A stretch of 64,000 bases of DNA from the NCBI RefSeq assembly GCF_003334255.1, contig NZ_QOWU01000023.1. One strand, given 5' to 3'. The notes under the pieces were generated by a model. The model had not been told where the DNA came from. It saw only the letters and a list, made by a program, of their open reading frames with translations, and searched no databases. Both the position numbers and the translations under genes were made by a program. Positions 24,665 to 36,086 of the stretch are shown here, one piece after another; positions within the stretch are counted from its first letter, which is position 1, and every line of letters begins with the position of its first letter. This stretch comes from Escherichia coli. GTDB lineage: Bacteria; Pseudomonadota; Gammaproteobacteria; Enterobacterales; Enterobacteriaceae.

Positions 24665-25200
24665 TCACTTTCAAAAGTCCCTGAACTTCCCAACGAATCC
24701 GCAATTAAATATTCTGCCCATGCGGGGAAGGATGAGAAGCTTCGACCAAGGTTCGACTCGAGCGCCAGCGAGAGAGCGTTGCCGCAGGCAACGACCCGAA
24801 GGGCGAAGCGCGCAGCGCTGAGTAATCCTTCCCCCACCACCATCACTTTCAAAAGCCCCGGAATTCTCAAACGAATCCGCAATCAAATATTCTGCCCAAG
24901 CGGGGAAGGATGAGAAGCTTCGACCAAGGTTCGACTTGAGCGCCAGCGAGAGAGCGTTGCCGCAGGCAACGACCCGAAGGGCGAAGCGCGCAGCGCTGAG
25001 TAATCCTTCCCCCACCACCATCACTTTCAAAAGCCCCGGAATTCTCAAACGAATCCGCAATCAAATATTCTGCCCAAGCGGGGAAGGATGAGAAGCTTCG
25101 ACCAAGGTTCGACTTGAGCGCCAGCGAGAGAGCGTTGCCGCAGGCAACGACCCGAAGGGCGAAGCGCGCAGCGCTGAGTAATCCTTCCCCCACCACCATC
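24665..25200 (+). repeat. rttR: Three tandem 178-bp repeats distal to the tRNA-Tyr genes (rtT RNA / tpr region)
   Basis: Units begin tcactttcaaaag at 24665, 24843 and 25021; each ends with the tRNA-Tyr 3' end ccttcccccaccacca. Confidence 0.8.
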
Positions 25201-25239
25201 GCTTCCTTAAATAATCAAAACCTGTTACTCCGAGCTAAT

Positions 25240-25316
25240 TTTGCCCGATGGCACCACGTTTACCGGGCCTACAATATCCTCCCCTGTAGGTCGGATAAGC
25301 GAAGCGCATCCGACAA
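25240..25316. repeat. REP / BIME-like palindromic elements
   Basis: taggtcggataagcgaagcgcatccgaca and tttaccgggcctac resemble the REP consensus. Confidence 0.55.
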
Positions 25317-25336
25317 CTCACCCCGCACCGTGCCCA

Positions 25337-25362
25337 TAAAAAAACCCCGCCGAAGCAGGGTC
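25337..25362 (-). terminator. narI rho-independent terminator
   Basis: On the minus strand cccugc-UUCG-gcgggg hairpin followed by a U7 run, just after the narI stop. Confidence 0.7.
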
Positions 25363-25381
25363 TATGTGAACTAAAATTCGC

Positions 25382-26059
25382 TTAGTGACGAGCGCGCACC
25401 AGCTGGTACTTACGTGTCAGATACTCCACCGGTACGCTCCAGATGTGTACCAGACGCGAGAACGGGAACAGCAGGAATAACGTCATCCCCAGCACCAGGT
25501 GCAGACGGAAGATAAACGCCACACCATCGAGGTGTTGAGAAGCGCCACCGTGGAAGGTCACCACCGACTGCGCCCAGCCAACCAGTTTCATCATCTCGCT
25601 ACCGTCCATATGCTGAGCGGAGAACGGAATGGTCAACAGGCCCAGCGCGCACTGGATAACGAGCAGCGACAGGATCAGGATATCCGCTCCGGTAGTGGTT
25701 GCACGCACGCGTGGGCTGAACAGACGACGTTTCAGCAACAGCACGCCGCCAATCAGACACAGCACGCCGCTGGCACCACCAGCAAACATTGCCATTTTCT
25801 GTTTCACTTCAATCGGCAGCCAGGCTTCATACATCCAGTGCGGCGTCAGCATACCGAAGAAGTGACCGACAAAAATCCCCAGAATCCCGATATGGAACAG
25901 GTTCGACGCCAGGTTCATCCCTTTGCGATCCAGCATCTGGCTGGACGCCGCGCGCCAGGTGTACTGCCCGTAGTCATAACGCAGCCAGCTACCAATCAGG
26001 AAGACCGCCCCGGCTATGTACGGGTAGATATCAAAGAAGAACATATTCAGGAATTGCAT
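25382..26059 (-). CDS. narI: Nitrate reductase A gamma subunit
   Basis: 225 aa membrane cytochrome b; last gene of narGHJI. Confidence 0.93.
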   Translation of the reverse strand: MQFLNMFFFDIYPYIAGAVFLIGSWLRYDYGQYTWRAASSQMLDRKGMNLASNLFHIGILGIFVGHFFGMLTPHWMYEAWLPIEVKQKMAMFAGGASGVLCLIGGVLLLKRRLFSPRVRATTTGADILILSLLVIQCALGLLTIPFSAQHMDGSEMMKLVGWAQSVVTFHGGASQHLDGVAFIFRLHLVLGMTLFLLFPFSRLVHIWSVPVEYLTRKYQLVRARH

Positions 26060-26769
26060 TAGTGCTGTCCTCCGGTGGTGATATTCAGATATTGCGGCGC
26101 GACGGCACCGGCAAAGCGACGCTGATGCGCAGTGATTGCTGAATCACCGCAGCCTTTGTCAGCAAAGAATTTAACCTGCTCTTCTTCCCAGACAGCATCC
26201 AGCGCCTGCGGCGTATCATCGCGCGCTTCGTCGGCAATTTTTTCCGCCACTTTGTCGCTGTCGATAGCGGTATTCGCCAGTTTCAGCAGCAGATCAAACA
26301 GCACGGCATAACGGCTTTCACGCTGTTGCAGACGCGCGCTCAGCAATGCCAGAATCGGCGCGATATCTTTCAAACCTTCCACGGCTTCGCTTTGCGGCAG
26401 CTGCGCCAGGTACTCCAGATACAGCGGCAGATGGTCCGGCAATTCGCGGCTGTTTAACTGCAAGCCGTGCTGCTCGTACTGCGCCAGCAGGTCCACCATC
26501 GCCTGGCCGCGGTCGCGGGATTCGCCGTGCACATGTTCAAACAGCAACAGTGACGTGGCGCGGCCACGGTCGAACAGTTCGCTGTACTGCGCCTGGGCAT
26601 CGAGCGGATCCATCGTCGTTAAATCGCGCAGGAAAATGCCCAGCGCATGGGCATCCTCTTTTGGCAGATTTTTCGACGCGGCAATCGCCTCAAACATCTC
26701 TTGTTGATGCTGCCATAAGGCAGCATCCGGATATTCAAGGAGACGCGATACAATCACGAGTTCGATCAT
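26059..26769 (-). CDS. narJ: Nitrate reductase assembly chaperone
   Basis: 236 aa; 1-nt overlap with narI. Confidence 0.93.
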   Translation of the reverse strand: MIELVIVSRLLEYPDAALWQHQQEMFEAIAASKNLPKEDAHALGIFLRDLTTMDPLDAQAQYSELFDRGRATSLLLFEHVHGESRDRGQAMVDLLAQYEQHGLQLNSRELPDHLPLYLEYLAQLPQSEAVEGLKDIAPILALLSARLQQRESRYAVLFDLLLKLANTAIDSDKVAEKIADEARDDTPQALDAVWEEEQVKFFADKGCGDSAITAHQRRFAGAVAPQYLNITTGGQH

Positions 26770-28304
26770 GGATGCGGCTCCGTTTTGCTGGTCACATCGA
26801 TGGCATCGATACGACGGCTGTTGAACAGATTGAATTTGGTATCTGAACCGTGGCAGCCATCACCAAAGGTAAAGCCGCAGCCATTTTTCTCCGGGAAGGC
26901 TTCCCGTGCCAGTTCACGATGACTACTCGGCACCACAAAGCGATCTTCGTAGTTAGCAATCGCCAGATAACGGTACATCTCCTGTGCCTGGGCTTCGGTC
27001 AGACCGACCTCTTCCAGCGCACGGGTATCAACTTTACCGTCAACGGTTTCAGCACGTTTGTAATGACGCATCGCCAGCATACGTTTCAGTGCGCGCAGTA
27101 CCGGTTTGGTATCACCGGCGGTCAGCAGATTCGCCAGATACTGTACCGGAATACGCAGGCTTTCGACGTCTGGCAGAATGCCGTTGCTACCCAGCTCACC
27201 CACGTCTGCTGCAGACTGAATCGGAGACAGAGGCGGCACGTACCAGACCATCGGCAGTGTGCGATATTCCGGATGCAGCGGCAGCGCCAGTTTCCATTCC
27301 ATTGCCATTTTATAAACCGGCGACTGCTGTGCGGCTTCAATAACGCTCAGCGGAATACCGTCTTTAATCGCCTGCTCGATGACTTTCGGATCGTTCGGAT
27401 CGAGGAACACGTCCAGCTGACGCTGGTAAAGATCTTTCTCGTTCTCGGTGCTGGCTGCACGTTCAATAGCGTCGGCATCGTACAACAGCACGCCAAGATA
27501 ACGGATACGACCGACACAGGTTTCTGAGCACACGGTCGGCTGACCCGCTTCAATACGCGGATAGCAGAAGATGCACTTCTCAGACTTACCGCTCTTCCAG
27601 TTGAAGTAGATTTTTTTGTACGGGCATCCAGTGATGCACATACGCCAGCCACGGCATTTATCCTGGTCGATCAGGACGATGCCATCTTCTTCACGCTTGT
27701 AAATCGCACCGCTCGGGCAGGTCGCCACACATGCCGGGTTCAGGCAGTGTTCGCACAGGCGCGGCAAATACATCATGAAGGTGTTTTCGAACTGGCTATA
27801 CATCGCCTTCTGGATGTTGTCGAAGTTCTTGTCTTTCGCCAGTTTGTCAAACTCACCGCCCAGGTCATCTTCCCAGTTCGGCCCTTTTTCGATTTTCGCC
27901 ATCCGTTCCCCGGTAATCAGCGAACGCGGACGGGCAATCGGCTGCGATTTGCTGCCTTCCGGCGCGGTATGCAGGTTCTGATAGTCAAAATCGAACGGCT
28001 CGTAATAATCGTCGATCCCCGGCAGATGCGGGTTAGCGAAGATTTTACCCAGCAGCATGGCACGGTTACCCATGCGCGGCTGCAGTTTGCCGTTGATTTT
28101 ACGGATCCAGCCGCCTTTGTATTTTTCCTGGTTTTCCCAGTCAGTCGGGAAGCCCTGGCCCGGCTTGGTTTCCACGTTGTTGAACCACGCATATTCCACG
28201 CCTTCACGGCTGGTCCAGACGTTTTTACAGGTAACTGAACAGGTGTGGCAGCCGATGCACTTATCGAGATTCAGCACCATGCCGACTTGTGAACGAATTT
28301 TCAT
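26766..28304 (-). CDS. narH: Nitrate reductase A beta subunit
   Basis: 512 aa; Fe-S cysteine clusters (CIGCHTC, CEHCLNPAC). Confidence 0.94.
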   Translation of the reverse strand: MKIRSQVGMVLNLDKCIGCHTCSVTCKNVWTSREGVEYAWFNNVETKPGQGFPTDWENQEKYKGGWIRKINGKLQPRMGNRAMLLGKIFANPHLPGIDDYYEPFDFDYQNLHTAPEGSKSQPIARPRSLITGERMAKIEKGPNWEDDLGGEFDKLAKDKNFDNIQKAMYSQFENTFMMYLPRLCEHCLNPACVATCPSGAIYKREEDGIVLIDQDKCRGWRMCITGCPYKKIYFNWKSGKSEKCIFCYPRIEAGQPTVCSETCVGRIRYLGVLLYDADAIERAASTENEKDLYQRQLDVFLDPNDPKVIEQAIKDGIPLSVIEAAQQSPVYKMAMEWKLALPLHPEYRTLPMVWYVPPLSPIQSAADVGELGSNGILPDVESLRIPVQYLANLLTAGDTKPVLRALKRMLAMRHYKRAETVDGKVDTRALEEVGLTEAQAQEMYRYLAIANYEDRFVVPSSHRELAREAFPEKNGCGFTFGDGCHGSDTKFNLFNSRRIDAIDVTSKTEPHP

Positions 28305-31300
28305 TTTACGCTCTCCTGTACCTGGTCATTGCCTTCGCCATCTAACCAGTCAATGTTCTTCATCTTACGCACTACAACAAACTCATCGCGGTTAGAACCT
28401 ACGGTGCCATAGTAGTTAAAGCCGTATGCCAGATGGGCATAGCCGCCGATCATATGCGTCGGTTTCGGCGTGATACGGGTGACCGAGTTATGGATACCAC
28501 CACGCTGTTGGGTAATTTCCGAACCAGGCAGGTTAACGATACGTTCCTGCGCGTGGTACATCATGGTCATCCCTGCCGGAACACGCTGGCTGACAACCGC
28601 ACGGGCAGTCAGAGCACCGTTGCTGTTGAAGACTTCAATCCAGTCGTTATCGGCGATACCCAGATCTTTGGCATCGGCTTCACTCAACCAGACCACCGGA
28701 CCACCGCGACCTAAAGTCAGCATCAGCAGGTTGTCGCTGTAGGTGGAGTGGATACCCCACTTCTGGTGCGGCGTCAGGAAGTTGAGCGCTTTTTCCTGGT
28801 TGCCGTTGGATTTCTGGCCTATCACTTCTTTCACCGAACGGGTGTCGATCGGCGGACGATAAACCAGCAGGCTTTCACCGAAATCACGCATCCACTGGTG
28901 ATCCTGATACAGTTGCTGACGACCAGAGAGCGTACGCCATGGGATCAGCTCGTGAACGTTGGTGTAACCGGCGTTGTAAGAAACGTGTTCATCTTCCAGA
29001 CCAGACCAGGTCGGGCTGGAGATAATTTTGCGCGGCTGTGCCTGAATATCGCGGAAGCGGATCTTCTCGTCTTCTTTATTCAGCGCCAGATGCGTATGGT
29101 CACGACCGGTAAATTCGCTCAGGGCAGCCCAGGCTTTCACGGCTACCTGACCGTTGGTTTCCGGTGCCAGTGTCAGGATCATCTCTGCCGCATCAATTGC
29201 GGTGTTCAGCATCGGCTGGCCTTTCGCCGGACCTTCCGCTTTGGTGTAGTTGAGCTTACGCAGCAGATCCATCTCGCTCTGGGTGTTCCAGGCAATCCCT
29301 TTACCGCCATTACCGATTTTCTCCATCAGCGGGCCGATAGAGGTAAAGCGTTCGTAAGTCGCCGGATAATCGCGCTCTACGACCATAATGTGTGGCGCGG
29401 TTTTACCTGGGATCAGGTCGCACTCGCCTTTTTTCCAGTCTTTCACATCCAGCGGCTGCGCCAGTTCAGCGGCAGAGTCATGCTGGATAGGCAGCGTGAC
29501 GATGTCGGTTTCTTTACCCAGATGGCCGACGCACACTTCGGAGAATTTCTTCGCGATGGCTTTGTAGATTTCCCAGTCGCTTTTCGCTTCCCAGGCCGGA
29601 TCGACCGCCGCAGACAGCGGGTGAATAAACGGATGCATATCCGAAGTATTCATGTCGTCTTTTTCGTACCAGGTCGCCGTCGGCAAAATGATGTCGGAAT
29701 AGAGACAGGTGCTCGACAGACGGAAGTCCAGCGTAACCACCAGATCCAGCTTGCCTTCCAGACCATTGTCCTGCCAGTCCACTTCTTCCGGCTTCACGCC
29801 GCCCTGTTGCCCCAGATCTTTACCCTGGATACCGTGCTCCGTCCCCAGCAGGTACTTGAGCATAAACTCATGACCTTTACCGGAAGAACCGAGCAGGTTA
29901 GAACGCCAGATGAACAGGTTGCGCGGGTGGTTTTTACCGTTTTCTGGTTGTTCTGCCGCAAAACGGATGGAACCCTCTTTCAGGGATTTCACCGTATAGT
30001 CCACCGGATTCATCCCGGCTTTTTCCGCTTCGCCAGCGATAGTCAGCGGGTTAGTGCCTAACTGCGGTGCAGACGGCAGCCAGCCCATGCGTTCCGCACG
30101 GACGTTAAAGTCGATCAAGTGTCCGGTATAGCGGGATTTGTCCGCCATCGGTGACAGCAACTCTTCCGCCGTGACGGTTTCATAACGCCACTGGCTGGAG
30201 TGGTTATAGAAATAAGAAGTGCTGTTCATGTGACGCGCCGGACGCTGCCAGTCAAGGGCAAACGCCAGCGGCTGCCAGCCGGTTTGCGGACGCAGTTTTT
30301 CCTGACCTACATAGTGCGCCCAGCCGCCCCCGCTCTGACCGACACAGCCGCAGAAAATCAGCATGTTGATCAGACCACGATAGTTCATATCGAGGTGATA
30401 CCAGTGGTTCAGCCCCGCACCGACGATAATCATCGAACGACCGTGCGTTTTATCAGCGTTATCGGCAAATTCACGGGCGATGCGAATAATCTGGCTGCGA
30501 GAAACGCCGGTAATCTGCTCGGCCCAGGCCGGGGTATAAGCTTTAACATCGTCATAGCTGGTTGCACAGTTAACGTCGTTCAGGCCACGTTCCAGACCGT
30601 AGTTTGCCAGCGTCAGATCATAAACGGTGGTCACCAGGGCGGTGCTGCCATCAGCCAGTTGCAGGCGTTTCACCGGCAGTTTGTGCAGCAGCACGTTTTC
30701 CAGTTCCACTTTGTTGAAGTGTTCCGTGCCGTCGCCACCAAAGTACGGGAAGCCTACCTCAGCGATCTCATCCTGGCTACCCAGCAGGCTCAGTTGCAGC
30801 TCGGTTTCTTCGCCAGTTTTGCCGTCGCGCTGCTCAAGATTCCATTTGCCCTTCTCGCCCCAGCGGAAGCCAATAGAACCGTTCGGCGCAACCATTTCGC
30901 CATTGGTATTAAAGGCGACAGTTTTCCATTCCGGATTGTTTTCCTGGCCCAGCGCATCAACCAGATCAGCAGCGCGCAGCATACGACCTGCAGCGTAGTA
31001 ACCGTCGCGTTCTTCCAGCATCACCAGCATCGGCATGTCGGTGTAGCGACGCACATAGTCGGTGAAATACTGGCTTGGGTTGTCGAGGTGGAATTCACGC
31101 AGCATTACGTGGCCCATCGCCAGCGCCATTGCCGCATCGGTGCCCTGTTTCGGTGCCAGCCACAGATCGCACAGTTTGGCGATTTCAGCGTAGTCTGGTG
31201 TGACGGCAACAGTTTTGGTCCCTTTGTAACGCACTTCAGTAAAGAAGTGAGCATCCGGGGTACGCGTCTGCGGCACGTTTGACCCCCAGGCGATGATGTA

Positions 31301-32044
31301 GCTGGAGTTGTACCAGTCAGCAGATTCCGGTACGTCAGTTTGCTCGCCCCAGGTTTGCGGAGACGCAGGAGGCAAGTCGCAGTACCAGTCGTAGAAGCTT
31401 AAGCAAGTACCGCCAATCAGCGAGAGATAGCGTGCACCCGATGCGTAAGAAACCATCGACATTGCCGGAATTGGCGAGAAACCAGCAACACGGTCCGGGC
31501 CGTAGTTTTTGATGGTGTAAACGTTAGATGCGGCGATCAGTTCGTTCACCTCCTGCCAGGAAGAACGAACAAATCCACCGCGTCCACGCGCCTGCTTAAA
31601 GCTTTTCGCTTTATCGGCGTCTTCAATGATAGAAGCCCATGCCTCAACCGGATCGCTATGCAGCGCCTTCGCTTCACGCCACATTTTCATCAGGCGTTTG
31701 CGCATCATCGGGTATTTCAGGCGGTTGGCACTGTAAAGATACCAGGAGTAGCTGGCACCGCGCGGGCAGCCGCGAGGTTCATGGTTTGGCAGATCCGGAC
31801 GGGTACGCGGATAGTCAGTCTGCTGGGTTTCCCAGGTGACCAGACCGTTTTTGACGTAGATTTTCCAGCTGCAGGAGCCGGTGCAGTTTACCCCGTGGGT
31901 AGAGCGGACGATTTTGTCATGCTGCCAACGCTGGCGATATCCATCCTCCCAGTCACGGTTGGTATTGAGAAGCTGGCCATGCCCATCGGCAAAGGTTTCA
32001 CCCTTCTGTTTGAAGTAGCGAAACCGGTCCAGGAATTTACTCAT
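28301..32044 (-). CDS. narG: Nitrate reductase A alpha subunit
   Basis: 1247 aa molybdoenzyme; starts MSKFLDRFRYFKQKGETF. Confidence 0.95.
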   Translation of the reverse strand: MSKFLDRFRYFKQKGETFADGHGQLLNTNRDWEDGYRQRWQHDKIVRSTHGVNCTGSCSWKIYVKNGLVTWETQQTDYPRTRPDLPNHEPRGCPRGASYSWYLYSANRLKYPMMRKRLMKMWREAKALHSDPVEAWASIIEDADKAKSFKQARGRGGFVRSSWQEVNELIAASNVYTIKNYGPDRVAGFSPIPAMSMVSYASGARYLSLIGGTCLSFYDWYCDLPPASPQTWGEQTDVPESADWYNSSYIIAWGSNVPQTRTPDAHFFTEVRYKGTKTVAVTPDYAEIAKLCDLWLAPKQGTDAAMALAMGHVMLREFHLDNPSQYFTDYVRRYTDMPMLVMLEERDGYYAAGRMLRAADLVDALGQENNPEWKTVAFNTNGEMVAPNGSIGFRWGEKGKWNLEQRDGKTGEETELQLSLLGSQDEIAEVGFPYFGGDGTEHFNKVELENVLLHKLPVKRLQLADGSTALVTTVYDLTLANYGLERGLNDVNCATSYDDVKAYTPAWAEQITGVSRSQIIRIAREFADNADKTHGRSMIIVGAGLNHWYHLDMNYRGLINMLIFCGCVGQSGGGWAHYVGQEKLRPQTGWQPLAFALDWQRPARHMNSTSYFYNHSSQWRYETVTAEELLSPMADKSRYTGHLIDFNVRAERMGWLPSAPQLGTNPLTIAGEAEKAGMNPVDYTVKSLKEGSIRFAAEQPENGKNHPRNLFIWRSNLLGSSGKGHEFMLKYLLGTEHGIQGKDLGQQGGVKPEEVDWQDNGLEGKLDLVVTLDFRLSSTCLYSDIILPTATWYEKDDMNTSDMHPFIHPLSAAVDPAWEAKSDWEIYKAIAKKFSEVCVGHLGKETDIVTLPIQHDSAAELAQPLDVKDWKKGECDLIPGKTAPHIMVVERDYPATYERFTSIGPLMEKIGNGGKGIAWNTQSEMDLLRKLNYTKAEGPAKGQPMLNTAIDAAEMILTLAPETNGQVAVKAWAALSEFTGRDHTHLALNKEDEKIRFRDIQAQPRKIISSPTWSGLEDEHVSYNAGYTNVHELIPWRTLSGRQQLYQDHQWMRDFGESLLVYRPPIDTRSVKEVIGQKSNGNQEKALNFLTPHQKWGIHSTYSDNLLMLTLGRGGPVVWLSEADAKDLGIADNDWIEVFNSNGALTARAVVSQRVPAGMTMMYHAQERIVNLPGSEITQQRGGIHNSVTRITPKPTHMIGGYAHLAYGFNYYGTVGSNRDEFVVVRKMKNIDWLDGEGNDQVQESVK

Positions 32045-32135
32045 CGGTTTTCTCCTGTGGGAGCCTGTCGGCCCTCTGATAAATCGACATTGCTAATGTT
32101 TAAGGGCAAGGTAACGCTCTGAAACAGCGTGGGAA

Positions 32136-32149
32136 TTGATAACGATCAA
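32136..32149 (-). promoter_or_regulatory. FNR binding site in the narG promoter
   Basis: Perfect consensus TTGAT-aacg-ATCAA about 95 bp upstream of the narG ATG; a TACCCCT NarL-type heptamer lies at 32187. Confidence 0.65.
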
Positions 32150-32559
32150 GAGTGATGGGGATGAAAAATAAAGTAAATTCCTAAGATACCCCTTTAGGAT
32201 AATTAACAGCCACCACATAACAGACTGTAAATTAAGACGTTTTATACCTGTAGTTATTTAAACTATTAAGATTTTTATGCAGATGGGTATTAAGGAGTAT
32301 TCCCCATGGGTAACATATTAATGGCTCTTAATGAAATCCGGCGAAATAAACCATATAACATTAGTATGTTGTAACTAAATGACGCATAAAAAAAGCGCGA
32401 CATCATGCCGCGCAAAGGATAATCAAATATTTTACTCTATATAATTCGGTTTACAGGAAGGCGGCAAGTGAATGAATCCCAGGAGCTTACTAAAGTAAGT
32501 GACTGGGGTGAATGAACGCAGCCGCAGCACATGTAACCCGAAGTATGACGAGTAACGGT

Positions 32560-33951
32560 TTATTTTTTAGAATGCCGACCATATACCGCCCAGGTAATCA
32601 CTACGCAGGCGATATAGAAAATCAAAAATACCTTCATTGCGCCGACTGGCGAACCCGTTAATGCCAGCGAGCTACCAAACGCTTTCGGGATAAAGAAGCC
32701 ACCAATCGCGCCAATCGCAGAGATGAAACCCAGCGCCGCCGCCGTGTCGGTTGCCGCTTCACGCATCGCACGTTCGTCAGAACCCCCTTCTGCTTTCACG
32801 CGATCCATTGTCAGTTTACGGAAGATCACTGAAATCATCTGGAAAGTGGAACCACTACCCAGCCCAGCTGTCAGGAACAGCGCCAGGAAGACCGCGAAGA
32901 ACGCCATGAAGCTTCCGCCCTGCCCGTCAGTCGGTAAGGTCAGGAACAGCAGGCCGCTGAAAATCGCCATCAGAATAAAGTTCACCAGCGTGACACGAGT
33001 TCCGCCCAGACGGTCAGATAATGCACCACCTGCAGAACGCGCCAGCGCACCAATAAACGGCCCGAAGAAAGCGTATTGCAGAATCTGAACATCCGGGAAC
33101 TGCGTTTTTGACAGCATTGCAAAGCCCGCGGAGAAGCCGATGAAGGAGCCGAAGGTTGCCAGATACAGCAGGCTCATAATCCACAGATGACCCCGTTTGA
33201 GTACCGGCAACTGCTCCTTGATGGAGGCTTTCGAGGTAGCAAGATCGTTCATGCCAAACCACGCCGCAATGGTGAAGATGGCAAGGAACGGCACCCATAT
33301 CCAGGACGCATTCGCCAGATACAGCTCAGTCCCATCCGGCTGTTTGACGCCCTGGCTACCAAATACTGCGAAAATCGACAGTGATACCACCAGCGGAGCA
33401 ACCAACTGCATGACGCTGACGCCCATGTTTCCCAGACCACCATTCAGACCCAGCGCGCCACCCTGCTTCTGTTTCGGAAAGAAGAAGCTGATGTTTGCCA
33501 TACTGGATGCGAAGTTCGCGCCAGCAAAGCCGCATAGCAGAGAGATGATGATGAAGACGCTATAAGGCGTGGAGGTATCCTGCACGGCAAAACCCAGCCA
33601 GACGCAAGGAATAATCAGAATACCGGTGCTGAACGCCGTCCAGCGACGACCACCGAAGATAGGAACCATAAAGGAGTATGGAACACGTAATAACGCGCCA
33701 GAAACCGAAGGCAGCGCAGTCAACATAAATAGCTGATCGGTCGTAAAATTAAAGCCGACTTTCGGTAGGTTCACCGCAACAGCGCTGAACAACATCCATA
33801 CGCAAAACGCCAGCAGCAGACAGGGAACGGAAATCCACAGGTTGCGGCTGGCAATACGTTGACCGCGTTGTTGCCAGAACGCAGGATCTTCCGGTCGCCA
33901 ATCTGTAATGACAGCTCCAGTAGCCCTTTCGGGGGCGGATGAGTGACTCAT
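32560..33951 (-). CDS. narK: Nitrate/nitrite transporter NarK (MFS)
   Basis: 463 aa, 12-TM MFS protein. Confidence 0.92.
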   Translation of the reverse strand: MSHSSAPERATGAVITDWRPEDPAFWQQRGQRIASRNLWISVPCLLLAFCVWMLFSAVAVNLPKVGFNFTTDQLFMLTALPSVSGALLRVPYSFMVPIFGGRRWTAFSTGILIIPCVWLGFAVQDTSTPYSVFIIISLLCGFAGANFASSMANISFFFPKQKQGGALGLNGGLGNMGVSVMQLVAPLVVSLSIFAVFGSQGVKQPDGTELYLANASWIWVPFLAIFTIAAWFGMNDLATSKASIKEQLPVLKRGHLWIMSLLYLATFGSFIGFSAGFAMLSKTQFPDVQILQYAFFGPFIGALARSAGGALSDRLGGTRVTLVNFILMAIFSGLLFLTLPTDGQGGSFMAFFAVFLALFLTAGLGSGSTFQMISVIFRKLTMDRVKAEGGSDERAMREAATDTAAALGFISAIGAIGGFFIPKAFGSSLALTGSPVGAMKVFLIFYIACVVITWAVYGRHSKK

Positions 33952-34010
33952 AGACACCTCTGATACTCGTTTCGATGTCTGCCACCTTAGTGTCTGTAGC
34001 TAAAGGCAAT

Positions 34011-34062
34011 TTGATGTAAATCAAACGATAAGATAACTTTATCTATCATTGATATTTATCAT
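34011..34062 (-). promoter_or_regulatory. Two FNR sites in the narK promoter
   Basis: TTGAT-gtaa-ATCAA at 34011-34024 and TTGAT-attt-ATCAT at 34049-34062; centres 38 bp apart. Confidence 0.65.
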
Positions 34063-34289
34063 TACCCATAGTGAGTACAGTGACTTCATAAAAATTATGA
34101 GATTTTTCACGGTGCTGTAAAATCCCTACCCTTACCGATGTAAAGCGACTAACCACACGGCAAATAAGGAGTAACTCTTTCCGGGTATGGGTATACTTCA
34201 GCCAATAGCCGAGAATACTGCCATTCCAGAATGTATCGTCACATTCATTAAGGTTATTGCTCATTTAAAGCCTGAAGGAAGAGGTTTAC

Positions 34290-36086
34290 ATGCTTAAACG
34301 TTGTCTCTCTCCGCTCACCCTGGTTAATCAGGTTGCGCTTATTGTGTTGCTTTCTACTGCTATTGGACTGGCAGGGATGGCGGTTTCTGGCTGGCTGGTG
34401 CAAGGCGTTCAGGGCAGCGCCCATGCGATCAACAAAGCGGGATCGCTGCGCATGCAAAGTTACCGTCTGTTGGCGGCAGTGCCATTAAGCGAGAAAGACA
34501 AGCCCTTAATTAAAGAGATGGAACAAACGGCATTTAGCGCCGAGTTGACTCGAGCAGCAGAACGAGACGGACAACTGGCGCAATTACAGGGTTTACAAGA
34601 TTACTGGCGTAATGAACTGATCCCTGCGCTGATGCGTGCACAAAACCGAGAAACGGTGTCAGCGGATGTCAGCCAGTTTGTTGCCGGGCTTGATCAACTG
34701 GTATCTGGTTTTGACCGCACCACGGAAATGCGCATCGAGACAGTGGTACTGGTCCATCGGGTAATGGCGGTATTTATGGCACTTTTACTGGTGTTCACTA
34801 TTATCTGGTTGCGGGCGCGACTGCTACAACCGTGGCGGCAACTGCTGGCAATGGCGAGTGCCGTCAGTCATCGCGATTTTACCCAACGCGCAAACATCAG
34901 CGGGCGCAACGAAATGGCGATGCTTGGAACTGCGTTGAACAATATGTCTGCAGAACTGGCCGAAAGTTATGCCGTACTTGAGCAGCGGGTTCAGGAGAAA
35001 ACCGCCGGGCTGGAGCATAAAAATCAGATCCTCTCTTTTTTATGGCAGGCTAACCGCCGTTTGCATTCCCGCGCCCCGCTGTGTGAACGCCTGTCACCTG
35101 TACTCAACGGCTTACAGAATTTAACCCTGCTACGTGATATCGAATTGCGGGTGTATGACACTGATGATGAAGAGAATCATCAGGAGTTTACCTGCCAGCC
35201 AGATATGACTTGTGATGATAAAGGCTGCCAGCTCTGCCCGCGCGGCGTATTACCCGTTGGTGATCGCGGCACGACCCTGAAGTGGCGGCTGGCTGACTCT
35301 CATACGCAGTACGGTATTTTGCTGGCGACCCTGCCGCAGGGGCGTCATCTTAGCCATGATCAACAACAACTGGTGGATACCCTGGTTGAACAACTCACCG
35401 CCACGCTGGCGCTGGATCGCCATCAGGAACGTCAGCAACAGTTGATCGTGATGGAAGAGCGTGCCACCATTGCGCGCGAACTGCATGATTCTATTGCCCA
35501 ATCTCTCTCTTGCATGAAGATGCAGGTGAGTTGTTTACAGATGCAGGGCGATGCGCTGCCAGAAAGCAGCCGCGAACTGTTAAGTCAGATCCGTAACGAA
35601 CTGAATGCATCCTGGGCGCAGTTGCGTGAATTGCTCACCACATTCCGCTTGCAGCTCACCGAGCCTGGATTACGTCCGGCGCTGGAGGCGAGTTGCGAAG
35701 AGTACAGCGCCAAATTTGGCTTCCCGGTGAAGCTGGATTATCAATTGCCGCCTCGCCTGGTGCCTTCGCATCAGGCAATCCACTTGTTGCAAATTGCCCG
35801 TGAGGCATTAAGTAACGCCCTCAAACATTCGCAAGCGAGTGAAGTCGTGGTGACGGTGGCGCAAAACGATAATCAGGTCAAACTGACCGTCCAGGATAAC
35901 GGCTGCGGCGTGCCTGAAAATGCCATCCGCAGCAATCACTACGGCATGATAATAATGCGCGATCGTGCGCAAAGTTTACGAGGCGATTGCCGCGTCCGCC
36001 GTCGTGAATCAGGTGGCACCGAAGTGGTGGTCACCTTTATTCCCGAAAAAACTTTCACAGACGTCCAAGGAGATACCCATGAGTAA
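34290..36086 (+). CDS. narX: Nitrate/nitrite sensor histidine kinase NarX
   Basis: 598 aa; two TM segments, H-box ELHDSIAQ, HATPase domain. Confidence 0.93.

Noticed and set aside
25114-25374. 86-aa ORF after the repeats (possibly the annotated hypothetical ychS)
   Set aside because: Starts inside the last repeat unit and runs through REP elements and the narI terminator; composition looks non-coding and I cannot support it as a real gene.
26850-27527. 225-aa ORF antisense to narH, and other short antisense ORFs throughout
   Set aside because: Embedded in well-supported genes on the opposite strand.
28748-31282. Two long antisense ORFs (437 and 360 aa) inside narG
   Set aside because: Same reasoning: embedded antisense to a well-supported gene, with no independent start signals.
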